64,000 nt of DNA from Botryllus schlosseri (lineage: Eukaryota): the NCBI GenBank assembly GCA_051294905.1, contig CM119371.1:32614001-32678000 (forward strand), given 5' to 3'. A program made the position numbers and the translations under genes. The notes below the pieces were generated by a model. The model saw only the letters and a program-made list of their open reading frames with translations. It was not told where the DNA came from and made no database searches. This document shows, piece after piece, positions 23,605 through 36,850 of the stretch. Numbering within the stretch: the stretch's first letter is position 1; the number at the start of each line of letters is the position of its first letter.

Positions 23605-26280
23605 CTAATCCATTCTGCATCGTAAATTAAATTCGAATAGATTTCATAGTCTAAATGTTGGTACGCTATGCTACTTCTTACTAGCGACAAATGATATTGA
23701 CATGATTTTGATGAACAATGTTTTTTCAAATTCTCTACTAGCTACGGAAGATTATTCCTGGCGCGTGTGCTATTATGTGCATGGTAATTTCAGAAGGTAT
23801 CAGACAAAATGGGCATGTTGCATCATGGTCCCGTATCAGGGTACAATCGGTACACTTTCTAGATTCTATAATCATGATTCTATAATCGCAATCGCGCTAT
23901 CTTCCCAATGTAAAATATACCGCATAGCAAGCTATCTGGAAAGCTGGGTTAGCCTGACTAATGCTGACTATGAGCATCCCATAATATCTCCTTTCACATA
24001 GCCTACCGCTATCGTCACTAATACCGGTATTATACTACATGCACGGCAAACCACTACATGCATCCCGCGACGATGCCTGAAACAGAATGAAGCCGGATGT
24101 AATTAAATGCTAAACCCAATGCCCGAATCACGTGAACGCGCTGCGCGTATATAGCTGTGGAAATGCTGATACATCAATGGCCAGTTTCCTTAACACTGCT
24201 TTTCTCGTAAACGCGATATACGAATGGCGATAAACCATTTTCAAAGTGATATTTTCATATTGTGTTGTGCCTAAAACTGTTTAAACTTACTTTTATTTCA
24301 AAGTATATAACCAGAGAATCATATCAAAATCATAGAAGTCCTTGGGAATTTGTCCTGATTGCCTTAAAATTAACATCGCAAACGGTATAACGGTATAAAT
24401 AAATTCATTAACAAAAACAAATGACCACGGCCTAATTTTCATAATCTTGAAATGTCCAGTACTTCAGTTTTGCGAGGTAGTAAAAATGAAGAATAGCCTA
24501 CATATCTAGGCAATGGTGCAGCCGATAGATATTTTTGATATCGCGATCGGTTGATTATTTCGGTGAATTATGAAGCCTAGGCATCTCAAATAACGCGCCG
24601 TGTTAACTTCACATACAGAATCACATGATCCAACATGCACCCATTGGTTTCACCCATTGATAGCCATCCGGAATAGTCTGTATTGCGTCAAACGTAATGG
24701 TACGCCAGGAAGACGGGTGGCTATTTTATCAGACAGCCAGAGCAGCCTAATGGCGAACCGAAACTGCTCTCCGGACAAAGAAATCATCGCCGATATCCAC
24801 CTCCTAGGATCGGATATGAACGCATTAGAGATCGAACTGGTTCTGGCGTGGATCCCCGGCCTTAAGGACAACCGCGGTAACGAAAAAGCTGATGAAATCG
24901 CAAGTCGGGCAGCTGTGAGGCCTCTCACACTTGATGAAAGCCTTCAACAAAGATTAACTGCGAAAGAAATGAAATCTGACATTGCCGTTAGATGTCGGGA
25001 AAAGTGGATCGATCACACGAATGCAAATGAAGGCGATTCGCAATATAAAAATATTATTGGAGTTATCAGGAACGCGAAACCAATCATGAATTTGTCTCGC
25101 AGATAAGCCGGAATTCTAATTAGATTGCAGACTGGCCATTCTAGGCTGAACGGCCATCTCAACAGAATGAAATGTCACCAAAATGGCCTTTGTGATTTGT
25201 GCGCGATCGAAGGAAACGTGGAACATTTTCTCCTTCGCGGCCCCAAGTATGACCGTGCCAGGACGAATCTAATACAGATCGCAGAGCGGAATAAATTATC
25301 ATTAACGCCTATGTCCCTGCTAACAGATGAGCATACTAAATGACCAGTCATCGAATTCACGATAGCAAGTGGAAGGGCTATATGAAGAGTCATAAACCAT
25401 TGGTATAAGTGTGAATAATCGCTATTTATCGTCCTGGGGCAAAAAGCCAAGTAGCTAAGCCCCATCCCCCCTAATACCTACCTACATACCTACCTACCTA
25501 CCTACCTACCACCCATTGGTTACCAATTCTGCTGTACTAAATGACTATCATTTGTAATAGCGCTTCAGATCCGTACTTTGCCGTACATACTCGAAACAGT
25601 GCAAATATTACTAAGCGGCATCGGGCTACAATTATTGTCCACACAAAGAGGAATCAGTAAATAAAATCTTATGCAAATGATTGTTGAGCCGGCAACAGCC
25701 TGATCTCAAACGAAAAAGTCTCAAAGTGATATATGTACAATTTACATCAGAGTCGAGACTTTGGCAATGACAGTAACAATATCCTACTGATCACGATCAC
25801 GACCATATCAAAACCAGTATTAGATTACCTCACTCAAATGCTCTGATATCAGATCAATCTTGAGTAGATTTTAAAAGATTCCAGAAAAAAAAGTTGCACG
25901 CCAAAGGTCCACTAATAGCTGCAATATTATAACCCGACAGTTTGACTCGACGCGATCAAAAAGTAGGGAATTGTTCCGCGAGCACAATTGAGTTTGAGAC
26001 CTCTGATGAACAATGTATATCATGCATAGAATCGTTTCGATGATTTTATATCATAGCATGTAATGGTAAGGTATATTTGAAAGCCAATATCGTTATCCGG
26101 AAAGTTCTTTATGCCTATCTTAAAACAAAAGTTTGAGTGGAAAATTCCATCATGTACCGCCGGCGACTTCCACTCCATATCAGAGTCTGCGAAAAGTAGC
26201 TGCTGATATGCGAATCCTGATACATAGGGTACTCAAACTCGTTCAGCATCAGAACGTAGATACGCAGGAAACAGACAGTA
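23605..26280 (+). repeat. older diverged copy of cassette segment B and the start of C
   Basis: Homologous to 4935-6100 and 7120-7320. Interrupted by the LINE at 24650-25509. Confidence 0.85.
24650..25509 (+). mobile_element. 5'-truncated RNase H-containing LINE (I-group-like), with (CCTA)n tail
   Basis: RNase H motifs VAILSDSQS and WIPG..NRGNEKAD. C-terminal IRLQTGH...CDLC...VEHFL. In-frame stops. 12-bp TSD CACCCATTGGTT (24638-24649, 25510-25521). Confidence 0.92.
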
Positions 26281-26849
26281 TACCGTGTTATCAGGTTGAA
26301 TAATAGTATTATCATAAAATGCATGTATATATGTTTATCCTCTGGTCTTTATAAATAAAATTCTTGAACATTTTTACAGTCAATTTAAATAAACATGCAT
26401 GTTTATTGCCTTGAAATGTGGTAAAAGCGCTTTGTGGCAGTAACGTATCGGTCTACGTTTATGAATGACGAAGTTATCGTAAGTTGGTCTGATACAATAA
26501 TTAATGCATGTCGTCAACAACGCAGAGTTCTACCCTGATTTTCGACAGTCTGGTCTATTTCGTTAATCAGACATGATCATATCAACGTGTGTAGTTTTTT
26601 TAAATTACGTTGACCTAGCTGGAAAAGTACTATTTAATACAGATGGAAACACGCGCAAACTGGCCCTATCGAGTAATCACGAGGACAGTAGATCAGGGGG
26701 TCACCTATTTTTGCAACCAAGAGCTACTTCTTGAGTAGCCTACTGATTGAAGCGACGGGCAACCATTTACTCATACCGTTTACCCGTACCATACTAAATT
26801 TCCTCCTAGCCTAGCATAGCACTGGACAGTAATTATTCGATATCGAACT

Positions 26850-27660
26850 TTATTCTCGTCTTAGTTATATATATCGCAAAACGATTTGGTGAAATTTCAT
26901 GATGGCCTGAATCAATATCCTTGTAGTAGCTGAGACACGTGTATGTGAGGTTACCTTAACATACAAAAATATAGACATATGCAAGTTAAACTCAGATGTT
27001 TAAGATTTTTATTAAAGTCAATTCGACACCATCATATTTTCGAAAGTCACAATGACACTCTGATGTTTTGAAAATGGCAATGAGCACAATTTTAATGTCT
27101 GGGCTTATAGTTAAACTTGAGACGACATGGAGCATAGAAATATGCAAAGTTATGTTGTCATTTAAGCCACCATTCCAGGGGTTTATAACTGTATTCGACC
27201 GGCAAATCATCGTTCGCTTGCCAATTCGATTGTTTGCGAATCAAGGTGCTTTTACAATGGCACCTCAATGAACCGTAACTATCGCGTACACAAGCTTGAT
27301 AATCAAGTATGAAAGTGGAAGACAATCACATGGATTTTGAAATAAATTTCAGGAAAATTTGACTGCTGCGGTCTGCGAGCGATTTGACGGTTTGATTCCG
27401 GCCTGCGACGCAATTAGAGTTTCACACTTGGAAACATTTGTGCACATTATGGCCGTCCGATCACTTCGCGAAACCATATGATCCAAGTCCCTCATCCACC
27501 ACGAGGTTGGGTCTTTAGTTCCACTATGGTAAGGAATAATTTAGCCATACTGTACCAGCTTCTTTAAACAATTCTTTGGTGAATGGGATAGTTTAGTTAT
27601 ACTACAGAGAGAGAGAGAAATATTTTTAATATGCGAGATGTACGACTGTACAGGTACACA
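26850..27660 (+). repeat. relic copy of the ZF upstream region without a ZF exon
   Basis: 26850-27065 matches 20955-21180/51830-52050. 27075-27200 and 27445-27660 match 53400-53745. Confidence 0.8.
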
Positions 27661-27669
27661 CAGTATCTC

Positions 27670-28464
27670 TTGCACAGTTCCTTTGTCTGGATAACATACA
27701 TGTTGAAGTATAAATTCAAGTGTAGTAATGCATTTAATACCCGGACATAGAACTAGACAATATGGCATCTTTACGGTCCACCATATTTTTTTATTAACGT
27801 TTACTAATCGCGCACCGTGTTTACACCGTATCTTATACAATTTCTCCTTATTGCTATCCCACTAAACTACGGACCTTATAATATGGGGATGGCATCATAC
27901 CATGCTATTTTCTAAAACGTGCTGCTCGAGAAAACAAAGGATAAGTAGCCGATCGCATTTCCATATAAATCCTATCATTTCCATCCCATGATGTGAAAGA
28001 ATGCTTATGCTATCGCAAATTGGATACCTGCTGGTATGCATCAATTTGAATCAAGCTCGTCACCTTTCGCAGCTTTACACGATTTTGCAATACATGTGAA
28101 CGAATTAGGATCGTTTTCACAACTACTTACTTACTTGAGTACTTTTAAAGTCAGTCAATTCTACTTTTACTTCAAATAATTTTAGAGTGCTTATGGAAGA
28201 AGTACTTCTACTCGTACTTGAGTAGATTTTTCCGTCTCTACTTCTGCATGACTTAGAAAGCCGTAAAGGCTATAACTGCACTTCCTTGTCCAGCGGCATA
28301 TGCACATCATGCACTCATGGTATGCATATTCGCAGATCGTCTGTATGTGTATCATGAGTCGGTGTATATGCCGCAAAAACATCAAGGACAAAACATGAAC
28401 TACGTCCTTTCCTTTCCTTCTGCGTCTACTTGAGTAGCTTTCTTGATTACTATGACCACCTCTG
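27670..28464 (+). mobile_element. right part of CAGAGGTGGTCA-family hAT element
   Basis: Homologous to 48795-49395 and ends TGACCACCTCTG. Interrupted at about 28245-28425 by sequence matching the reverse complement of 58350-58522. Confidence 0.78.
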
Positions 28465-29059
28465 CGGCGTAAATTTACATCAGATAAACTGAGTCTGAGT
28501 TTATTGCACACCATTTGCAACGGTTTGCGACTTACGACATTTGACCATGATGGAATACCAGGGTACTTCGGCATCAACTGCCGGTTATTACCTAATCGAA
28601 ATTCTTTTCGTTGCTGTTAGCTGTAGATTGCCATAGTCGCGAGAAAAAGGCCGACGTTCCCCCCTCCCATTTTCGAATTGTACATAATCTGACTCCAAGT
28701 ATGAAAGTACTTCTCATCAAGGTTGGTTGGAAAGCTTTATGCAGCTCACGTATATTTCGATGATATGGATATATTTCACTAATTCCACAATTTTCCAAAT
28801 AACTCTGTGGCGCACCTCGGAATGCTCCTGTGGCCCACAATTTGAGAACTTTCGGTCAATCGCACCGCGCTTTATTCAGTAACATAATCATTAATGTAAA
28901 GTGCATAGGTTTTGTTTTCCAATGAAGGAAAATCACATCAAATACTCGCTTTCCATGTAAACCATACAAAATCGCACGGTTGGCAGATAAATTGCGTCTG
29001 CTAAGCACATCAGTTCCATAAAGGGCGAAGCAAACGGTCATATTTCAGAAAATAGACGA

Positions 29060-31705
29060 TCTAAGTTTTTTGGATTTAGAGACGAACGAAGTTTAATATA
29101 AATCTTCGAGTCAATTTCATAGTCGAAATATTGACGCAGTCTGAGCTTTTTATAGTATAGCAACAACTGATGTTGACAGGACTCGAGTCATGGCTTGAGT
29201 CTGGTAACGTTTTCGGAATAACCTGGCTTAAGTCACTGCACTAAAATGACTTGACCTGATTCTAATTTCGACGCATGCATATTACTGAATGAGTCACGAC
29301 TTGGGCGTAAATCATATATAGTCATCAACTATAATGCTTCGAAAAACCTATTGATGAACAGGTCTGCTATAATCCTTTATTCACTGGACTCGACTTCCGT
29401 TTACGGTTTGGATGTATGGTAAGTAGATCAGCATGCGGTGACAACACGGATAAAGGAAACAGTATTGGCATGCCATGAACGGCCGTAATAATGGTATTGG
29501 CCAGCATTTTAATAGCAATAAACCCATAACCGAAGACATATTCAATCAGGTTGATAAGAATAAAAGTTTTTCTAACAAAGCAATTTCGAAGAAATCTGAT
29601 AACAATTTGCTATTTTCTCAGTAACCTTTTTTTCTAGAAAAATATTTGGTAGACTCTGCAAAGTTTGCAACCATCCGGCAATTAATGATACTTTGACGGA
29701 ATTATGCTCCCAGACTACTTCTAGTAAAGCATACCTTGTTAGTTGCATTTCCATCCCAACATACACAAATGACCAGATTCATTCGTACACTAAGCGATGT
29801 ATCGTAATACCTTGAGAGGAGCCAGGTTAAAACCAATTACACGCGAGTATGAAAAAGACTTGTACGTAGTCGAGGAACGAGAACACTTTCAAAATGAGTT
29901 ATGTCGCGCATAATGGAAGAATTATGGTTCACTACCAAGGTACCAGCCTCACACAATATGTACAACATATGCAACGGTTTATCAAGGTCTGAACCCTTAA
30001 GTTAGACCAGTAGTCGGGAACCTTTTTTCGTACAAAGAGCCATTTCAGCCCTATATTTTCCATTTTAACTCCCAAAGAGCCATACATGTCAATCAATTGC
30101 CACGTCACATTTTAAAATTCGTTTCGTTATGGTAGTGCAATTTCGAACTCACTACATGGGATTAGTCGTGGGCGTCATATTTTCTCTGTAAAAACTGGTA
30201 GGATACCAATCATCCTGTGATAGCACAATTCATCGTAAATAGCTAGGAATTTATATTAATTGATATTAATCTAATATAACTGTAGAAATGATTCCGAAAA
30301 TCCAAATATTGTTCGACTTCTCAATTCGGCGGTGACATAAACGTTGCACTACAAGCCTACATTTTACGGCAGTACTGGTGAGCTGCTTATCAATGAAAAA
30401 CGTGGATAGCGAAGCGTTGCTGGTAATTTGGATTTGAAATTGGACTGTCATTTCCAAGGCAGTTAATTTCTCGCCGTATAACAGGAAAACAATGTGTATT
30501 TGAAAACTAGATTGTCTTATAGGCGTTCCCATGTTTGCTATTCTCTTTGATCAACCAACGTATGGTGCCATCCAAGATTACGCAGCGTGCGATGCGGGGT
30601 ATATCAAATTCGCCAGGGATATTGGTCGCTGGCGCTACAGCGATTTAAATTTGAGGATTCTGTAAACGGTTCCGGGCCCTTAACCCTGGATACGCCAATG
30701 TCTTGACCTCTCAAATACATGTTTATGCTGTCACGAGAATAATTATTTTGGCCGTTGAGAAAATTTACTAACAAATTGCTGCAATATCGATAAAATTAAG
30801 TACAAAATTAAAAATATGTCAAAGAGCCATATCTTATTCCCAAAATAGCTATATATGGCTCGCGAGCCATAGGTTCCCGACCACTGAGTTAGACAATAAT
30901 TGTTATTTTTAACACATACGAAATCAGGCTGAATCGTATATTATATTCGAGTAAATTTCATAGTCGAAATACTGGTATACTCTGAACTTTTTGACTATGG
31001 ACAACTGATATTACATAATTGTCGATATACAATGTTCTTTTCAATTATCTATTAGTTGCTGGCTGTAAGCCCCTGACGAGTGTCAGCCGAATATATTCAG
31101 GTTAATATCACTATGAATATACTAGTCACTTGTATATCCTAGGTTTATGATAATTTTGTAGTATCAGACAAAATAGGCATGTTGAGTCGTACGTATCGCG
31201 GTCCAATTAGCGCACTTTCTCGGTGCCATAGGCGAGATTCCATATACGAGATTCCATAATTGTGATTGCGCTATTTTCCCAATGCAAACTAAACCTCATA
31301 CCAAATTATCTGGAAAGCTGGATGAGCCTGATTGATACTGACTATGATTTTCCCATGATACTCACGTAACCTACCGATATCGCTGCTGACCCCGTCAATT
31401 TAGTGCACTAAACACATGGCCTGTTTTTGCATTGATTTTACAAGTGCCGCGACACTGCACGAAACAGACTGAAGCCGGATGTAACATAATGTAAAAACCC
31501 ATGCATGAACCGCGTGAACGCGCTGCGCGTATACTACTATGAAAATGCTGATGAAACAATGGTCAGACGATTCTTATCAGAGTAAAATTTCTACATTGTT
31601 TTGTGCCTGGAACTGTTCGTATTTACTGTTATTCCGAAGTATATGACCAGAGAAGTCTGTGAAAATCAGAGATGTCCTCGGGCATTTGTCCAGCTTGCCT
31701 CTAAA
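29060..31705 (+). repeat. most diverged copy of cassette segments A and B
   Basis: 29060-29975 matches 3210-4180 and 30915-31705 matches 4930-5710. Confidence 0.8.
30008..30886. mobile_element. non-autonomous hAT element, 879 bp
   Basis: TIRs CAGTAGTCGGGAACCT / AGGTTCCCGACCACTG (15/16). Perfect TSD AGTTAGAC. Confidence 0.92.
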
Positions 31706-34700
31706 GTTACATTGCTCTAGTGATAAATGCGCGCTTCTCGTCAATGCTATTCTAGAAACACGTCAATTTCAAAGTTAAATATGCATGCAAAAAGCCATTG
31801 TACCGCTCAGACATACGTAGAACAGCTAAGCCACGAAAGTAGCTATATAGCCTCAAGCTATGATTATAATTATCAGCCAAAATAGAGAATACGAAACCTA
31901 AGAAATTAGAAATTAATTGATGTAATGCAATACGCTGCCCAAGTAGGCTACATAACTATGAGATACAAGTCAAGCCTGCGCCAATGGTTGACGGTTAATA
32001 TATACTTATACAATATATTCAATATATATTTAAATCAAACCAGAGGTCTGGGGAGAATCGAGCACTATGAGCAGTCTATAGAACAGACATAGATATCTTA
32101 CTCTTACATTACTTTAATACTAGTTTACAACCCTAGGTGCCAACTTTTATTTTCGCACCACAGGGGTTCTTAAAGTATGGGTCGCGGCCCAAACATAGGT
32201 TGCGAAGGGTATAAATTTGGGTCGCTCCCGCCCATAGCGATCGCTAAATATCTTGGAACAACAAAAGTTCTTCGGGTCTCGCGTGATATCCTGTGCATAG
32301 CTTGTAGGTGTACAATGCTCAGGGGTTATGGCCAATAAGTGAATCACGCATAAAAGTCGTTACTACAATGGAGTGATAATGAAAATGTGCCAACATTCGT
32401 ATTACACAAATTGGTTTGATGTCATGATAACATATTTCTGACATTGGTTTCTCTAGAAAGGTCTAACTTTCGCGGGTAATATACTCTGACAGGGTAGAGG
32501 GAGGGAAAGAGTGCGGCCGTAACTGCCGCATCCGATATCTTTTTATGAATACGCGTTAAGTTACTCAAATGAATCAACTTTATTTGCAATTGTGACGTAT
32601 AGGCTACCGGTATATCCCTAGAATTGCTTAGCGTCGCCGACGATCGTTGGGCTGCTTCCAACTATGGGTGTGCAACAAAGTTGGATCAATTAAAATTTGT
32701 AATTGGGACGAATGTAATTAATGCATTTTTTGTGTAATTGTAATTGTTATTGAAGCATTTTTATTTTGTGTGATTGTGATTTTATAAAATTTTGGCCTAA
32801 TTACAATTTCAATTACTGTACACTGTTATTGAAATTTACCAAGCAAAAAATAAAATATTGAAGTGATGTAATTCTTAGTAAGGTTCCGTCTCCGGTTCTT
32901 TGGATGTGAATACGCTAAGAGTGTAGTCTTGTAGGTTTAGAGTTGGACAAAATTGAATATAGAAGTCAATTTCACCGTCAAAATACTGGCCCAGTCTGAA
33001 CTTTTTTATCGAGTACAACTGATATTGACGCGTCTGGAGTCATGGCTTGAATCGAGTGCCATTTTCTGAATGACCTGACGTGAGTCACTCCACTGAAATG
33101 AATTGACTAACTTGAATTCGACGCATGCATATTACTGAATGATTCATACTTGAGCGCGAATTCTTAACATATCTTTCAAGTCATCAACTATTCTGCCTCG
33201 CGAAACCTCGCGAAACCTCTCGATCAATAGGCATGCTATAATCCTTTATTCACTGGATTCGACTTCCGTTTACGTTTTGGATGTGGTAAGTTCGATCAGC
33301 ATGTAGTGACATCTCATATAAAGGAAACGACATCGGCATGCTAGGAAAAGCCACAATAACTGTTTTCACAGGCACTAAAATATCATTAAATCCAAGACTA
33401 AATACATTCAATCAGATGGATCAGAAGGGAAGTTTTTCTATGTTGACAATTTCTAAGAAATCTGATTACGATTTATTATTTTCTCAACAAAAGTTTCTCT
33501 TTCACATAAACATGTAATCGGCTTTGCCTTTTTAGCATAAAGCTTGCATCCATCCTGCATTGTTTTCTCAATGAACATTACTTTCACGGAATTATGCCCC
33601 AATGCCACTTTGGATAGCGCAAACCGTATTTTCAGCATTTTCATTCCATTATACGCATAGAAGAGTATATTACAGCAGACCAGATTCATTTAGTCACCGA
33701 GTGACGTATTGTACTACCACGGAAGGATCCAGGTTAAAACCAATCATACCTGACTATCGAAACATAAACTTCTCAACCTCTCTCATACTGGTAGACTTAT
33801 GGTTAGCTATCAAGGTTACAAAATATTCCAAAGACTAGTGAATTAGACAGCGAATACACGCCGCGCACAATATGTGCAATATTGTCCACACCGACTTGCA
33901 GAAATTACTGGATTTCCAAAAAGCGCAACTACAATTACTACTACAACTAATCAATTTTGGAAACTAGCAACTAGAATTAAATAAAGAACTACTCACTTTT
34001 CAAACTACGCAATCATATTAGGACTAGAACTAATCTCCTTTCGAAGCCCGTAGCTAGAACTAGATCTAGCTAGAACTAACGACCTTGCAAAATTAATAGA
34101 CCGCAGAATATTGAGCAACATTTAGACTTGACCCTCGAACCTATTTACTGCTTCTCATTCTCTGAAAAATAATTAAATTTACTAAGAAACACATTGATTT
34201 TTATTTTATCGGTAATATTATACGCAGAATCGTCATTTCAAGAGGAAGTGTTTCGAGTTTAAAATAGGAGAGATTTCGACCCCCAAACCTCACCCGTTGG
34301 CTACGCCACTGTTAGCAGTGATGGCTTTGAGCGACCAATGGCAGCATAAACATCATTCAGCAGAACGCCGGTATCTCGAATCGCGCAAAACAACAGCACG
34401 TGTATTCTAGTTATCCGGCAACTAATATTTCTTCAAATGTGAAACCAGAACTAGATCTATAGAACTACTATTTTTTTCAAAATTCGAAACTAGAACTAGA
34501 ACTAGAAGTACTCAAAACACCGTTAGTTATAGTTGAACGGCAACAAACCAAATGAGTAGTGTGTACTCTGATTCAACAGTTTAACCATGACTTAACCCTC
34601 CACTCCAGTAGTCATATAAAAAAATGAACAAATACGAATCCAGGCTGCATTCTAAATTAAATTAGAGTAGATTTCATAGTCGAAATACCGGTGCGCTATA

Positions 34701-36199
34701 TGATTTTTTTTTTCTAGCGACACATGATATTGACATGATTTTTGATAAACAATGTTTTGTCAAATTCTACACTGGTTTCTGAAGATTATCCCTGGCGCGT
34801 GTGCCATTACGTGTATGGTAATTTTAGAAGATATCAGGCAAAATGACCATGTTTCACCATAGGATACGTATCAGAATACAATTAGCACACATTCCCGATT
34901 CCATAAATAAGATTCTATAATCGTAATCGCGCTATCTTCCCAATGTAAAATATACCGCAGAGCAAGCTATCTGGAAAGCAGGGTTAGCCTGACTAATGCT
35001 GACTATGAGCTTCCCATAATACTCACGTTCAGATAAACTACCGATATCGTCGCTAATACCGTTAACATGCATAGCGAGCTTTTTCATCGATTTCGCAAGT
35101 CCCGCAACGATGCATGAAACAGACCGAAGCCGGATGTAATTTAATGCTAAACCCCCATGCACGAATCGCGTGAACGCGCTGCGCGTATACAGCTGTGAAA
35201 ATGCTGATAAATCAATGGCCAGTTTCCTTAACACTGAATACTATTAAAAGTGATCTACGTGTGGCGATCAACCATTTTTAAAGTGATCTCTTTATATTGT
35301 GTTGTGCCTACAATTGTTGCAACTTACTTTTATTCCCAAGTATATGACCAGAGATTCATATTAAAATCGAAAATGTACTTTGGACTTTGTCCTGATTGCC
35401 TTTAAATTAATATTGCAAACAGTACATATATAAATTCAATAGCATAAACATTAAATATCCAACCGTTTTCCCTTGACATACTAAATCACATGATCCTACA
35501 TGCACTCATTGGTCATTATTTCAGCTGTACTAAAATAACTATAATTTATAATATAACGTTTCAGATCTGTACTCTGTCGTACATAGGCTACTGCTACTCG
35601 AAACAGTGCATTAAATAATGCTCGGAGATAGGGCTACCAACATTGTCCACACAAGCGGGAATCAGTAGATAAAATCTTATGTAGGTGATAATTGAGTCGA
35701 CAATACCCTGATCTCAATCAAAACAGTTTCAAAGTAAAATTCATAGAATGTACAATGTACAAGATGGATAGTAGTGTCTCGATGATTTCATATCATCGCA
35801 TGTCATAGTGAGGTATTTGAAAGCCATCGTCGTCTTCTAGAAACTCCTTTGTACCAATATTCAAACGAACGTTTTCGCAGTGAATTTCACATCCACCGCC
35901 GGCAACTTCCACGCCATAACCGAGTCTGCAAAAAGTAGCTAGTATGGGAAACTTCATACATGCTCAAAATTGGTCAGTATCAGAACGCAGACATTCAGGA
36001 AAGACACATTATAACAGCTCTTTTTAACCTTTTGGGAAACCGATTCGCCTTTTTTCATTACGAATTTCATTAGCTCACACCAATCAAAGATTGTTATACT
36101 TTGCCCGATGTCTTGGGAAATAAGCTCTAACACGATCACGGAGAGTAGGCACATCAGAGCTCACTACCTTATGATACGTTTCTCAGAATTGCGATACGG

Positions 36200-36850
36200 C
36201 TGATCTCATCTGTACCTTTACGTACCAATTTATCGCCTTACAACCGTAAGCATCGAATTTTGCGAGTTGATGAACTATATCCCTTCGAAGTATCAAAAGT
36301 TGTTCACAAATATTTTTCCAATAGTCTGCCTCCTGTGTTTGATGACTTTTTCATACCTGCTAAACATGTCCATTCCCATTACACGAGATCCTCGTCTAAA
36401 GGAAACATCTACTTACCCCCACCCAATAGCAACCTAACTAAGAGATCTATCGACTACTCGGGACCTATCATCTGGAATGCATTACCACCACATATCCGTG
36501 AATTGCCTTATAATAGATTCAAAAAAGCCCTACTTGATCACCTCTTGTTGTTACACAAACACTGTTGCACTACCTCGCCCAGACATTGCTTCATTGATCA
36601 TTTGCTACCATTGTTTGAATTTTTTCTATTTTCTATTTTCTATTAAACATTTTTTTTTACAGCCAGACTGTTCAGAGTCAAGTGTACCTGTTTGATGCTG
36701 GTGTGATCAGACTAGAGGACCTTCACGGTCTTATCGATCATTCCTATCTAATACCGAATACTGTGCATGCATATTTTCTGTACCACCATCACTGCCGTTT
36801 GTTATGTATTTTGGTTCGATGAAAATAAAGACTCTCTCTCTCTCTCTCTC
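36200..36850 (+). mobile_element. 3' fragment of CR1/L2-group LINE
   Basis: ORF 36260-36646 reads LY.FEV...HK..N.LP..F..FF...HSHYTR...SIDYSGPIIWNALP..IR....FKK (post-RT C-terminus). Ends AATAAA plus (CT)n. Absent from paralogous sites at about 7500 and 58920. Confidence 0.85.
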
